Notes: generated by a model from the letters alone, not told the origin. A stretch of DNA of 35,352 nt from an uncultured bacterium (GCA_964609495.1 CAZSTA010000012.1:1-35352); one strand, 5' to 3'. Positions 9,451 to 19,922 are shown, counted from the stretch's first letter. Made by a program: numbers and translations.

Positions 9451-9478
9451 ACGGTCAGGTCACCAATGACCTGACCGT
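9451..9478. repeat. Perfect 12-bp stem-loop between oppA and oppB (probable mRNA-stabilising element)
   Basis: ACGGTCAGGTCA-CCAA-TGACCTGACCGT; no U-tract on the coding strand. Confidence 0.75.
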
Positions 9479-9509
9479 TCTATTTACCCAACTCAATTTA
9501 GCGGCTGAT

Positions 9510-11186
9510 CTATTGTTTGATCCAGATCTCCCAGATATTATGATCAACGCCTCCGAAAGCAGTTGGTTTCACATTCTGGAGCTTGTTGCGAATCGCGAAG
9601 AGAGCGGACTGTTGAACTGTGTAGATGACTGGTAGCTCATCGGAGATGATCACTTGCCACTCGTCGTATAATTCCTTCCTCTTGCTTTGAACGCAACCAG
9701 GAACGGAATCAGCACTGATGAAGATCTCATCAACACGTCCCTCCCATTCATACTCAGGAGGCTCATCCTCATAGTTCCAGAAGTGGAGTCCACCATTGGA
9801 CATCTCCACATTCTTACCGCTATAAGGATCAGGTCCCCCGGTTAGACCGATGATGACCGCCTCCCACTCTCCAGTCTCGGTCAGCCTAGTTACTAAGTCG
9901 TTGAACTGAATAGGCTGGAAGATAGCCTCGATTCCTACCTTAGCTAGGTCATCCTTGATTATGTTTCCGATCTGCTCTCTCGTTGTATTACCAGCGTTGG
10001 TGGTCATCGAGAAGGTTACCTTATTCCCCTCTGCATCATATAGGACATCGCCTTCATACTCGAACCCAGCTTCCAAGAGCATCCCTTTGGTTTTGTCAAG
10101 GTCATATTCATACCTGATCACATTTGGATTGTAGAAGAACTTAGCCGCCTCCGAGACCGGACTCCACTGGGCTACACCCAGTCCCAGCAGAATATTATCG
10201 ATGATAGTCCCCTTATCTATGCAGTGAGCGACAGCCTTTCGGAAGGTCTTGTTGGTGAACCACTTCTTCTTGAGCGGATCCTTGGCATTCCAATTTAAGG
10301 TTAAGAAGCTAGTGCCGAAGGTGGGACCACCATCGAGAAGGGTGAAATCTCCCTCCTCTTGCTCTGGCAGAAGGATAGCCCAATCCTCGGGACGAGGACC
10401 AAGGACATCGATCCCTCCGGTTTGGAACTCCAACACTGCGGCATTCAGATCAGGAACGATCTTCCAGATCATCTCATCCAGATAGGGAAGTTGCTCCCCA
10501 TTGGGACCCTTGCGCCAATAATTGGGATTCCTCGCTTGCCTCACCCACTGGCTGGGTTTATACTCCGTGAGAACAAAAGGTCCACTACAGACGATATCCT
10601 TTAGCGGAGTATCAACCCCCCAGGTCGCGTTGAACGTTCCTTCCTTTATCGCTCCCCCTAAGATATGTTTAGGCACGATAGGGGTTACCATCGAGCGAAT
10701 GAAGGGGCAGAAAGGTTCGGGAAGCACGAACTTTACTGTGTAATCATCGACCTTGCTAACCTCGATCTGCTTGCCAGCGATAGTGAAGATATCTCGCGAA
10801 TCGGTTTCCACCTCAGGGTTATAGATAACGTCATTGAAAGTGAAGACCACATCATCAGCGGTGAGGGATTCTCCATCGCTCCACTTCACATCCTCTCGCA
10901 GATAGAAGATCCAAGTTAAGCCATCCTCACTTACATCCCAGGATGTGGCTAAGTTAGGTTCTATCTCGGTAGTCACCCCGTTAGCCGCAGTGAGTCCCTC
11001 AAACATATTACCATCAGTGATATTGGTCGTCGAGGTCTCCTGAGCAACATAGGTATTGAATGATTTAGGATCGGAAATACTGGATCTATAGAGCGTTCCC
11101 CCCTTCTGAGGTTCCTCAGCCGACGCTAGGGAGAAAATGGATACACTGAAGGCTACGATAAATAGCCAAAATGTTAATTTCCTCAT
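9510..11186 (-). CDS. oppA: Peptide/oligosaccharide ABC transporter substrate-binding protein (family 5)
   Basis: Sec signal peptide (SLASA-EE); SDPKSFN, LATSWDVSEDG, WSDGESLTADDVVFT, SGPF, RNPNYW. Confidence 0.92.
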   Translation of the reverse strand: MRKLTFWLFIVAFSVSIFSLASAEEPQKGGTLYRSSISDPKSFNTYVAQETSTTNITDGNMFEGLTAANGVTTEIEPNLATSWDVSEDGLTWIFYLREDVKWSDGESLTADDVVFTFNDVIYNPEVETDSRDIFTIAGKQIEVSKVDDYTVKFVLPEPFCPFIRSMVTPIVPKHILGGAIKEGTFNATWGVDTPLKDIVCSGPFVLTEYKPSQWVRQARNPNYWRKGPNGEQLPYLDEMIWKIVPDLNAAVLEFQTGGIDVLGPRPEDWAILLPEQEEGDFTLLDGGPTFGTSFLTLNWNAKDPLKKKWFTNKTFRKAVAHCIDKGTIIDNILLGLGVAQWSPVSEAAKFFYNPNVIRYEYDLDKTKGMLLEAGFEYEGDVLYDAEGNKVTFSMTTNAGNTTREQIGNIIKDDLAKVGIEAIFQPIQFNDLVTRLTETGEWEAVIIGLTGGPDPYSGKNVEMSNGGLHFWNYEDEPPEYEWEGRVDEIFISADSVPGCVQSKRKELYDEWQVIISDELPVIYTVQQSALFAIRNKLQNVKPTAFGGVDHNIWEIWIKQ

Positions 11187-11334
11187 AAGAAATTTTACCT
11201 CCTTACTTAAATACTTAGTTTTGATCTGAGCTTTGCGAAGTTATTCCGATAATTTTTAAGCTATATCTACCTCCTCTCTCCCACTGCAACATCAGCTAAA
11301 TCTTATCTCCAAACAAAAGGATTACACATTTTAA

Positions 11335-11363
11335 ATTATAGAGGAAAGTCCGATAAATGTCAA
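11335..11363 (-). promoter_or_regulatory. Consensus sigma70 promoter of the opp operon
   Basis: Minus strand TTGACA-17 nt-TATAAT, perfect consensus, about 150 nt upstream of oppA. Confidence 0.85.
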
Positions 11364-11647
11364 TAGTTTGTCTGCATTTTTCACAACAGTATCATCATTT
11401 TCTTATCATCCACTCTATCGAAACTACGCTCTCACCTAACTTTCGCTAATATCTTCCCGTCGTCTCGAATCGCAAGAGAGATTGGGGATACTAATCGATC
11501 TTGTTTCAGGTGCTTGGCTTGAGGGGGTTGGAAAATGGAAAGTAGAAATTGGAAAATTGACGCTATCATTATCCTGATTTCAATTTCCCCTTTTCTAATA
11601 ATAGAGAGATGAAAGAGGAGATTTCACGGAAAGCTTGATCATATAAA

Positions 11648-13336
11648 TCATATAGGGGGGAGAGATATTTGAGCTACATAAGGATATATCAATAGCACTG
11701 AAATCAGATAAGTTCCTAAGCCACAGTATATCAGAAATCCTATGGAACTAGTAAATTCAAAATTGGCTCTCTTCATAACCGCTAAGGCTAATATAACGGC
11801 GATGAGAAACCCAATCCCCTGCAATAAAACGCTGAATTGGGGATAATTGAGCTTAGATATCTCAAAACGCAAGACCGAGAATATAATCGCTAAAAACACC
11901 ACTATGAAAGCGATCTTTATTTTACTAGGGATTCTCCCGAAGGGGGTCTTCAACAATAAAGTATAGATCCCCCATATAACCAATAGCACTAATATGTTGG
12001 GAGCGAAGAGGAACGCTCCATAAATGAGGGACATCAGAAGGTTCACTGCCAATTGGATAAATTGATCTAGGACTCCCCTCCCATAGTCATAAGTATTTAG
12101 ACTCTCCATAAAGCTCATAAATCTTGGTTGAGGGGAAACCGTATTTTTATAGGCTAAACGATAGGTATCTTGCGTTGTTCTCTCATACCAGAAGAGATGT
12201 AATTTATTGAAGGAATCTATAACGAAGGATGGCTTTATGGAATAGGAGAAGTCCATCGTCAATCTCTCCTCCTGTGCCATCTCTTGGCTATCGGAGGAGA
12301 ACGAAGCAGACATTATTTCTCCCCCACCTCGTCCTTTCGCTTGCCAAACTACATAAACTTTGTCTCTTGCATCGATCGCTATATTGGGATGTTCAACCTC
12401 AAATCTATCAGGAGTTAATACCTCTTCATAAGTGATCTCTCCTTGAGGACTCAAGCGCGTATAATATATATCTATAGCGGCTCTTCCGAATCCTGCCTGA
12501 CGGAGGATCTTCGTCCAAACGATATGAGCATAACCCTTTGAGTCAAAAGCTAAGGACGCGCCCGTATCCTCTATATATGGTCTATTAGGCATAAAATCAC
12601 TTAGGGAGGATCCGATCTTTAGAGGTTCTCCCGTGAGCTTTCCATCTCTCTTGATACCGGAGAAGTAAAAGGTGGATTTTAGAAGCTCTATCTCCTTCCA
12701 AGTTATCGCTAATTCGCCGTTATTATTCACCGCAAGGCGAGGAACACCCAATCTCTTCTCACTATAATATATCTCCTGCTTATCCCCTATAACCTCCTTC
12801 GAGATCCTTAGATGATATAAGGAGTTCTCCTTCTCAATCCAAACTAAATGTAATATCCCCTTATCATCAACTACAGAATCTATATCCAGAGGGGATGAAA
12901 GGGCTAGGGGTAGAAGACGAGGTGGGGAGAGCATATTTGCTTCTGAATCCAGCTTCACATAATAAACCTGATAGTTACCCCTATCTCCCTCCTCCAGGAT
13001 TAGGTGAAGCATATCCTCTCCATCTATATTTAGCATAACAAGACTCGGTTTGGAGGGAAGATTCAAATTGGCTTCGGCTAAGATCTCCCCCCTTCGATTC
13101 AGCTTAACGTAGAGAAGCCCCTGCTCAGATAGATTGATAGAGTGCAATATGTCCTTAGAATCCCTTACTACCTGAGGAGGATTAGGGATTTCATTTAGTT
13201 TCGAAAACCGTTCAGTTATGGACCATCCTTGAGGAAAAGCCTCCCCTCTCTCATAAGGAAGCAAGAGTAAGAAAACCAACAATATAATCGATCTAAGGAG
13301 ATGAGACCTCATCAATGCCTTCGCTCTTAGATCCAT
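11648..13336 (-). CDS. Membrane protein with an extracytoplasmic repeat (beta-propeller-like) domain and C-terminal transmembrane helices
   Basis: Signal peptide, seven D-x2-G-x2-H-hhW-like repeats and about 4-5 hydrophobic helices after residue ~425. True start may be the second Met (MRSHLL). Confidence 0.7.
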   Translation of the reverse strand: MDLRAKALMRSHLLRSIILLVFLLLLPYERGEAFPQGWSITERFSKLNEIPNPPQVVRDSKDILHSINLSEQGLLYVKLNRRGEILAEANLNLPSKPSLVMLNIDGEDMLHLILEEGDRGNYQVYYVKLDSEANMLSPPRLLPLALSSPLDIDSVVDDKGILHLVWIEKENSLYHLRISKEVIGDKQEIYYSEKRLGVPRLAVNNNGELAITWKEIELLKSTFYFSGIKRDGKLTGEPLKIGSSLSDFMPNRPYIEDTGASLAFDSKGYAHIVWTKILRQAGFGRAAIDIYYTRLSPQGEITYEEVLTPDRFEVEHPNIAIDARDKVYVVWQAKGRGGGEIMSASFSSDSQEMAQEERLTMDFSYSIKPSFVIDSFNKLHLFWYERTTQDTYRLAYKNTVSPQPRFMSFMESLNTYDYGRGVLDQFIQLAVNLLMSLIYGAFLFAPNILVLLVIWGIYTLLLKTPFGRIPSKIKIAFIVVFLAIIFSVLRFEISKLNYPQFSVLLQGIGFLIAVILALAVMKRANFEFTSSIGFLIYCGLGTYLISVLLIYPYVAQISLPPI

Positions 13337-14909
13337 TTTCCTTATACCAATGTTCCAGATTCCACAAAATTCCCAAAGGAGAGGGAACGATACCCTTGAA
13401 CTCGGAACGCACGACAGTTTTTATTCGAGGTATCCAGAGGAAGATGAAGGGCTGATCCTCTATGATCAACTCTTGGATCTTCTGATATATTATCTTTCGC
13501 TTTCCCTTATCCCAGGTATGACGTCCTTCCTCAAGCAGACCATCGACCTTCGAGTTGCTATAGGAGAAAAAGTTGAACCCTCCCCTCGCCTCCTCAGAGT
13601 GCCAGACTATATAATCATCAGGATCTATGGTGAAGGTAAACCCCGCGATCACCGCCTCGAAATCCCTGGCTAAAAGGTGATCTTTGACGAGAGATTCCCA
13701 GGGCACCTTCTTAATATCGACCTTAACTCCTATCTTTCCGAGAGCATCCCTTATTAACTCGGCGGCTTTTCCCCTTTGCTTATTATCGCGGTTAGTAAAT
13801 ATAGTGAAGCTAAAGATCTCGCCATCCTTATCCAAAACACCATCGTTATCGGTATCCTCCCACCCCTCTTCCGCCAATAGTTTTTTGGCTTTCTCCGGAT
13901 CGTAAGGATAAGGTATAAGATCTGGGTTATAAGCCCAGGAAGAGGGAGAGACTGGAGATCTACATATCTCACCTTGTCCCTCAAGCACCTGATCGATTAT
14001 AGCTACTCTGTCTATAGCATAAGATAACGCCTGCCTCACCTTACTGACAGAGAAGAGAGGTTCAGCGTTGTTGAGACCGAGATAGTTGTAGTTCATATCG
14101 TCATAGATGTAGAAATTGTATTCATCCTTATTCTTTATGGTTTTCTCATCTTCAGGATATATATCTCTGACTAAATCCACACCTTCGAGCTGCAACTCTA
14201 AAGTGGCAGAAGCTTTATCAGAAATTACCTTCATAACCACTCTATCTAAAGCTGGTCTCCCTTTGAAATAATCATCAAAAGCCTCTAAAGTGATATGACC
14301 TTGGGGAAGCCACTCGACGAATTTAAAAGGTCCTGCTCCCACTGGTGCTTTATTAAAAGCTACGAAATCAGCCTCTCCTCCCTCTAATAAGTGCTTAGGT
14401 AGAATCCCTAGGGTGAAGTTCGCTAATCCAGGGGAGAAGGGTTCAGTGAAGACTACCAAAAAGGTTTTATCATCGATAACATCCCATCCTTCTACCATCT
14501 CGAATCTCAGTCGATAAGGAGAATCTATCTGAGGGGTCACAGCTAGACTATAGGTGAATTTTACATCCTCAGCGGTGAGATCATCTCCGTCATGGAATTT
14601 GAGTCCATCTCGGAGATGGAAGGTAATTGTTAATTCATCTTCTGATATCTCCCATGATTCAGCTAGATCAGGCTCGATCTCTAACTTTTCGTTAATCTTT
14701 ACCAATCCCGCATAAATTAGATTATTAACCTTCGTAGAAACAGGATCAATAGCCAAGAGGGGATTCAGTGATCGGACATCTTTAGCGGCAGCAAAGGTCA
14801 AAGTTCCCCCTTGGGGAATTGCCTGCTCTCGAGCCTTAGTATCATAACTGTGGATAATTAAACTACCTAGAAAAAGGCAAAGTCCCCAAATTATTATCTT
14901 CTTTCTCAT
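13293..14909 (-). CDS. Second family-5 (AppA-like) ABC substrate-binding protein
   Basis: LAESWEISED, FHDGDDLTAEDVKFT, PVGAGPFKF, VRQALSYAIDR. Confidence 0.92.
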   Translation of the reverse strand: MRKKIIIWGLCLFLGSLIIHSYDTKAREQAIPQGGTLTFAAAKDVRSLNPLLAIDPVSTKVNNLIYAGLVKINEKLEIEPDLAESWEISEDELTITFHLRDGLKFHDGDDLTAEDVKFTYSLAVTPQIDSPYRLRFEMVEGWDVIDDKTFLVVFTEPFSPGLANFTLGILPKHLLEGGEADFVAFNKAPVGAGPFKFVEWLPQGHITLEAFDDYFKGRPALDRVVMKVISDKASATLELQLEGVDLVRDIYPEDEKTIKNKDEYNFYIYDDMNYNYLGLNNAEPLFSVSKVRQALSYAIDRVAIIDQVLEGQGEICRSPVSPSSWAYNPDLIPYPYDPEKAKKLLAEEGWEDTDNDGVLDKDGEIFSFTIFTNRDNKQRGKAAELIRDALGKIGVKVDIKKVPWESLVKDHLLARDFEAVIAGFTFTIDPDDYIVWHSEEARGGFNFFSYSNSKVDGLLEEGRHTWDKGKRKIIYQKIQELIIEDQPFIFLWIPRIKTVVRSEFKGIVPSPLGILWNLEHWYKENGSKSEGIDEVSSP

Positions 14910-14921
14910 ACTGACCTCTTT

Positions 14922-14972
14922 TTAAGGAAACTTTTTTACCTTGAGTTCTAATCGAAGCAAAAGTTTCCTTAA
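14922..14972. repeat. Palindromic intergenic repeat, copy A (14-bp arms, 23-nt spacer)
   Basis: TTAAGGAAACTTTT-ttaccttgagttctaatcgaagc-AAAAGTTTCCTTAA. Confidence 0.85.
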
Positions 14973-15099
14973 TTCTGACATTGAAAAAATGGAAAAAGTC
15001 ACTCTCGATTACTTCCGATCCCCAATTTCTAGCACTCTAATGCTCATCCGCAGTGACAAATAGTCGAGATATTACCATGATGATAGAATCTCGGTATCG

Positions 15100-15330
15100 T
15101 TAAGAGAAAATGGAGAGATAAAGAGAGGTGAATATATACGCCACTGCTAAGATCTCCGTGATCTTACGCAGGTTCTCCCCAGCCCTTCTCCCCCCTCCGA
15201 AAAGCACTTCAGAGCCTCCACCACCAAGGAAACCGGATAATCCCATCCCTCGGCTGGACTGGAGGAGAATGATAACGATCAAACCCCCGCAGCCGATAAG
15301 GTGAACGAACATTAAAACGGTATTAACCAT
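15100..15330 (-). CDS. secG: Preprotein translocase subunit SecG
   Basis: IILLQSSRGMGLSGFLGGGGS and L-x-KIT motifs; located after tpiA; GGAGG RBS precedes the ATG at 15330. Confidence 0.9.
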   Translation of the reverse strand: MVNTVLMFVHLIGCGGLIVIILLQSSRGMGLSGFLGGGGSEVLFGGGRRAGENLRKITEILAVAYIFTSLYLSIFS

Positions 15331-15350
15331 AAGTAAATTACCTCCCATAA

Positions 15351-15447
15351 AAGGAAACTTTTTAATTCTGGTAACTTTTTTACCTTGAGTCCTATTGACT
15401 GCAAAAGTTACCAGAACACTTGAGTCCTAATCCCTGCTAAAAGTTTC
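15351..15447. repeat. Palindromic intergenic repeat, copy B (15366-15416) nested within a degenerate copy C
   Basis: Inner: TTCTGGTAACTTTT-ttaccttgagtcctattgactgc-AAAAGTTACCAGAA. Outer: GAAACTTTT(15354-15362)...cacttgagtcctaatccctgct-AAAAGTTTC(15439-15447). Confidence 0.8.
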
Positions 15448-16201
15448 ATTTTTTATAACGCACTATCTTCGAGAAATCTTCAGCTTTTAAGCTGGCGCCT
15501 CCAACTAGGGCTCCGTCGATCTCTTCCTCACTCATAAATTCTACTATATTTGAAGGCTTGACAGAGCCACCATATTGAACCCTTATCCTCTGAGCGATTT
15601 CCTCGCTATACATCTTGGTCAATACTTGACGAATAAAGGAGACAACCTGATTAGCATCAGCACCCTTAGACGATCTTCCTGTTCCGATCGCCCAAATAGG
15701 CTCATAGGCGATCACTAGGGTATCAACCTTATCGCTCGGAAGTAGCTTCAAGCCAACCTCTACCTCTCTCCGAACAACCTCCTCGGTCCTTCCCGCCTCT
15801 CGCTCCTCCAGAGTCTCACCTACGCAGACGATCGGAGTAATGCCGTGAGCGAAAGCGACCTTCACCTTCTTGTTTACTCCCTCATCAGTCTCGCCGAAAT
15901 AAGCTCTTCTCTCGGAATGCCCTATGATGACATAGTCGCATCCGATATCCTTTAGCATCACTGGAGATGTCTCTCCAGTATAAGCTCCCTTTTCCTCCCA
16001 ATACATATTCTGAGCTCCCAACTTGATATTGGTTCGCTCTATCGCTTTCTTGACCTCGGTTAGAGCAGTGAATGGCGGGCAGACCGCTATCTCTACATCT
16101 ACAACATCAGCCACTAGATCAAGTAGCCTGGTAACCAGCTCGATAGCCTCGCCTACGGTCTTATTCATCTTCCAATTGCCTGCTATAAACGGCGTGCGCA
16201 A
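15446..16201 (-). CDS. tpiA: Triosephosphate isomerase
   Basis: AGNWKMN, IIGHSERR, AYEPIWAIGTG, YGGSV, LVGGASL. Confidence 0.98.
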   Translation of the reverse strand: MRTPFIAGNWKMNKTVGEAIELVTRLLDLVADVVDVEIAVCPPFTALTEVKKAIERTNIKLGAQNMYWEEKGAYTGETSPVMLKDIGCDYVIIGHSERRAYFGETDEGVNKKVKVAFAHGITPIVCVGETLEEREAGRTEEVVRREVEVGLKLLPSDKVDTLVIAYEPIWAIGTGRSSKGADANQVVSFIRQVLTKMYSEEIAQRIRVQYGGSVKPSNIVEFMSEEEIDGALVGGASLKAEDFSKIVRYKK

Positions 16202-16229
16202 ATTATCTCACTCCTTTACGATTTTGGTA

Positions 16230-17417
16230 TTAATTATCATTTAAAGCTGCTATACCTGGTAGAACTTTGCCTTCGAAGAACTCCAGCGAAGCACCACCTC
16301 CCGTAGAGACATGAGTCATCTTGTCAGTCAATCCTATCTTCTTAACTGCCGCCGCAGAATCTCCTCCCCCAATGATAATCGTGGCATCGCTATCCGCCAA
16401 CATCTTAGCGATAGCAGTAGTCCCCATCGCGAACTTATCCATCTCGAATACTCCTACGGGACCATTCCAAATGACGGTCTTAGCACCTTTGAGGGCTTCC
16501 TTTACTTTCTCAACAGTCCTAGGCCCCATATCTAATCCCATCCAGTCGGCAGGGATACTATCGGCGGAGACAACCTTAGTATTCGCATCATCAGAGAATT
16601 TATCAGCTACTACTACATCAGTGGGTAATATAAAGTTTACTCCCTTCTTCTTAGCTTTCTCCATCAACTGCTTAGCCAACTCGACCTTATCCTCTTCCAG
16701 CAAGGACGTGCCAACCTCATATCCTAAAGCCTTGAGGAAGGTATAGGACATTCCCCCTCCGACTATCAAGGTATCGACCTTATCGAGAAGATTATCTACC
16801 GCGGGGATCTTATCAGAGACCTTCTTTCCTCCCAAGATTGCTACGAAGGGTCTATCAGGGTTCTCCATAGCTTTACCCATAATGCGGAGTTCCTTACCCA
16901 CGAGGTAGCCAGCTACCGCCACCGGAAGGAATTTAGTTATACCTTCGGTCGAGGCGTGAGCCCGGTGAGAAGTTCCAAAAGCATCATTTACATAAACATC
17001 GGCTAGGGAGGCCAGCTTCTTCGCAAATTCTTCGTCGTTCTTCTCCTCTCCCTTATGGAAGCGAAGATTTTCGAGAAGAATAACATCTCCCTCCTTCATT
17101 TCAGAGACAGCCTTCTCCACCTCTTCCCCGATACAATCATCGAGCTTCTTCACCTCTTTACCCAAAAGCTCACTAGTTCTCTCGGCAATCGGATCCATCT
17201 TCAGCTTATCAACCACCTGTCCCTTAGGCCTTCCCAGATGGCTCGCTAAGATGACCCGAGCCTTATGATCGATCAAATATTTTATAGTTGGTAGAGCGGC
17301 TTTAATACGAGCATCATCAGTGATATTTCCTGCTTCATCTTGAGGGACATTAAAATCCACCCTAACAAATACTCTTTTGGAATCTAAATCTACATCCTCG
17401 ACAGTCTTTTTATTCAT
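16230..17417 (-). CDS. pgk: Phosphoglycerate kinase
   Basis: [45 protein letters not shown]. Confidence 0.98.
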   Translation of the reverse strand: MNKKTVEDVDLDSKRVFVRVDFNVPQDEAGNITDDARIKAALPTIKYLIDHKARVILASHLGRPKGQVVDKLKMDPIAERTSELLGKEVKKLDDCIGEEVEKAVSEMKEGDVILLENLRFHKGEEKNDEEFAKKLASLADVYVNDAFGTSHRAHASTEGITKFLPVAVAGYLVGKELRIMGKAMENPDRPFVAILGGKKVSDKIPAVDNLLDKVDTLIVGGGMSYTFLKALGYEVGTSLLEEDKVELAKQLMEKAKKKGVNFILPTDVVVADKFSDDANTKVVSADSIPADWMGLDMGPRTVEKVKEALKGAKTVIWNGPVGVFEMDKFAMGTTAIAKMLADSDATIIIGGGDSAAAVKKIGLTDKMTHVSTGGGASLEFFEGKVLPGIAALNDN

Positions 17418-17455
17418 AATAACACCCCTTTAAGATAATATATATTATTACATTC

Positions 17456-17491
17456 AAGTGTTCGTCAGGTATTAGGACCTGACGAACACTT
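17456..17491. repeat. Perfect 15-bp stem-loop between gap and pgk
   Basis: AAGTGTTCGTCAGGT-attagg-ACCTGACGAACACTT. Confidence 0.8.
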
Positions 17492-17514
17492 AGAAGATAG
17501 CGTCACGGAACTTC

Positions 17515-18528
17515 TTATAGACCCTTCTTAACCATATAAGCGGCCAGCTCAGCCATTCGGCAGGAGTAACCCCACTCGTTATCATACCAAGAGAAAACCT
17601 TAACGGTATTCCCTACAACCATAGTTGAGAGAGCATCCACGATGGAAGAGGCAGGGTCGCCCTTGAAGTCCATGGAGACCAGAGGTTCTTCACAAACCTT
17701 GAGAGTGTTCTTCATCCTTCCAGCAGCCGCGGCCCTAAAGGCATCGTTAACTTTCTGGACACTGACTTCCTTCTTCACATTCACTACTAAATCTACAATA
17801 GATACAGTAGGAGTGGGAACTCTCAGAGCTACCCCATCAAGTTTCCCTTCAAGTTCGGGAATGACTAAGCCTAGAGCTCTAGCGGCTCCCGTGGTGGTAG
17901 GGATTATGTTAAGAGCGGCAGCTCTAGCTCTGCGCAGATCCTTGTGCGCCAGATCTAATATACTCTGATCATTAGTATAGGAGTGAATCGTAGTCATAAA
18001 GCCATTCACGATCCCGAACTCATCATTGAGCACCTTAGCTATAGTAGCCACGCAGTTGGTAGTGCAAGAAGCATTGGATATTAGATCGTGCTTAGCAGGA
18101 TCGTAAACTTCCTCGTTCACTCCCAAAAGTAAAGTAGCGATATCCTTATCCCTCGGGGGAGCACTAATGATAACCTTCTTAGCTCCCGCCTCTATATGAG
18201 CTCCAGCCATCGCTCTGGTTTTTCCTACTCCAGTCGATTCGAAGACGATCTCTACCCCTAGATCTTTCCAGGGCAACTGTTTCCAATCTCTTTGAGCAAA
18301 AACCTTCAGTTCCTTACCATTGACGACTATATTATCGCCCTTAACCTCTACTTCACCAGGGAATCTCCCATAATTCGAATCGTATTTGAGCAGGTGAGCA
18401 TTCGTCTCGGCATCCATCAGATCGTTTATAGCTACTACCTCTAATTCCTCTGGATAATAATCCAACACCGCTTTGTAAGATTGTCTTCCGATTCTCCCGA
18501 ATCCATTGATTGCTATTTTTACAGCCAT
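17515..18528 (-). CDS. gap: Type I glyceraldehyde-3-phosphate dehydrogenase
   Basis: [25 protein letters not shown]. Confidence 0.98.
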   Translation of the reverse strand: MAVKIAINGFGRIGRQSYKAVLDYYPEELEVVAINDLMDAETNAHLLKYDSNYGRFPGEVEVKGDNIVVNGKELKVFAQRDWKQLPWKDLGVEIVFESTGVGKTRAMAGAHIEAGAKKVIISAPPRDKDIATLLLGVNEEVYDPAKHDLISNASCTTNCVATIAKVLNDEFGIVNGFMTTIHSYTNDQSILDLAHKDLRRARAAALNIIPTTTGAARALGLVIPELEGKLDGVALRVPTPTVSIVDLVVNVKKEVSVQKVNDAFRAAAAGRMKNTLKVCEEPLVSMDFKGDPASSIVDALSTMVVGNTVKVFSWYDNEWGYSCRMAELAAYMVKKGL

Positions 18529-18583
18529 TAGACAGATTCCTCCTTCTTTGCTTAGAATTGAGATTTGGGAAATTTCTGTTTAA

Positions 18584-19827
18584 TTAAACGACATACTTAG
18601 TGCTTCTCCCTAGTCTCTCCAGAATCTCCTCTCTTCTCTCCTTATAGCCTGGATGCTCCATCAAGGCATAGGTGGCGATCTTTCCTCCCTCTACCCCCGG
18701 TTGATCGAAGGGATTGATATTATATAGCCCTCCCGCAAAGGCGGTTTGAACCTCCAACATATATAGCAGTTGCCCGACAGTGAAGGGATTTACCTCTGGC
18801 AAAGTGATAGTGCAATTTGGTCGCTGGTTATCAGTAAGAGCGGTTTCGGTAGCGGTCTGTTCAGCATTTATCAACTCCGCCAGCGAATGATCACCCAAAT
18901 ATCCGATACTTTCCTCCGATGAGAATCGCTTGGCGATCCCGACTTCCTCCTTGAACTTCTCGACTCTGAGGAAGGTTATGACTTTATCATAAGGTCCTTC
19001 TATGTAAAGCTGGGTCTGAGAGTGCTGATCGGTTGCTCCCAAAGCCTTGATAGGAGTAGGACCGACATTTATCACCCTCCCATCCAGAGAATACTTTTTG
19101 CCCAAACTCTCCGCCCACAACTGTCTATACCAGTCCGCTACGTCCTTCAGCGGATGAGAATAGGGCATCATCACCGATAGATGCTTCCCCTTCTTCACAT
19201 CAGCTATATANNNNNNNNNNNNNNNNNNNNNNNNNNNNNNNNNNNNNNNNNNNNNNNNNNNNNNNNNNNNNNNNNNNNNNNNNNNNNNNNNNNNNNNNNN
19301 NNNNNNNNNNAATTGCTAGCGCCAAGCCTATCTATTAGATGTTCTCTTACCACCAGATAGTTAGCGATGGTTTCCGCGGTCCTCCCCGATTTACTTATAA
19401 CATTGAAGATCGTTCGCTTCGGATCGAGTATCTCCAACAAGCCCGCGATCCTAACTGGATCGACATTGTCAGGGAAGAAAACTCGCGGATATCCACCCCT
19501 CTTCTCCTCAGATAGCAAGTTATAGTAGGGATGATTAAGAGCATTTTGCAGAGCGATATTACCCAGAGCTGAACCTCCGATCCCTATCACTACGAAGTTA
19601 CCGCACTCGGGAAGAGCCTCCTCGACAAACTCCTTTACCGCGGAAATTGTGTCCCTGGCGTAAGGGAGATCTCGGAAAGGCAGTTCGCCTTTGCTTCTTC
19701 CCTCCCCTAAATTTTGATGAATCTCCCTCGCTCTACCCTCAAGAGCTACTATCTCCTCCTCCGTTATACCATGCTCAGAGCCGATGGTATCCGCCATCAT
19801 ATTAGTGAAGTTAAGCTTGATCCTCAT
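18584..19827 (-). CDS. pgi: Glucose-6-phosphate isomerase, one gene interrupted by an assembly gap (19211-19310)
   Basis: N-terminal part has GIGGSALG and SKSGRTAET; C-terminal part has QLWAESLGK, GATDQHS and NPFDQPGVEGGK. Likely start MRIKLNF at 19827. Confidence 0.93.
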
Positions 19828-19922
19828 CTTATCACACCATTTCTCATCGGCCCATCCCTGCATTATCTATAGCCACTCCCTCTCTCACAAATTAGGCAGA
19901 AGTCCTTCTATCGTAGAGTTAC

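Noticed and set aside
11530-11597. Heptamer-like run GGAAAAT/GGAAAGT/AGAAATT/GGAAAAT with a loosely complementary pyrimidine tract
   Set aside because: Short and degenerate; may form a weak hairpin, but no function can be supported.
14973-15099. tRNA after secG, a common arrangement
   Set aside because: No cloverleaf, T-loop GTTCRA or CCA end found.
14922-15447. CRISPR array or attC sites
   Set aside because: No regular repeat-spacer period, no cas genes, and the arms do not fit RYYYAAC/GTTRRRY.
18584-19863. Split or frameshifted pgi
   Set aside because: The break coincides with a 100-N gap of arbitrary length, and both halves have intact motifs.
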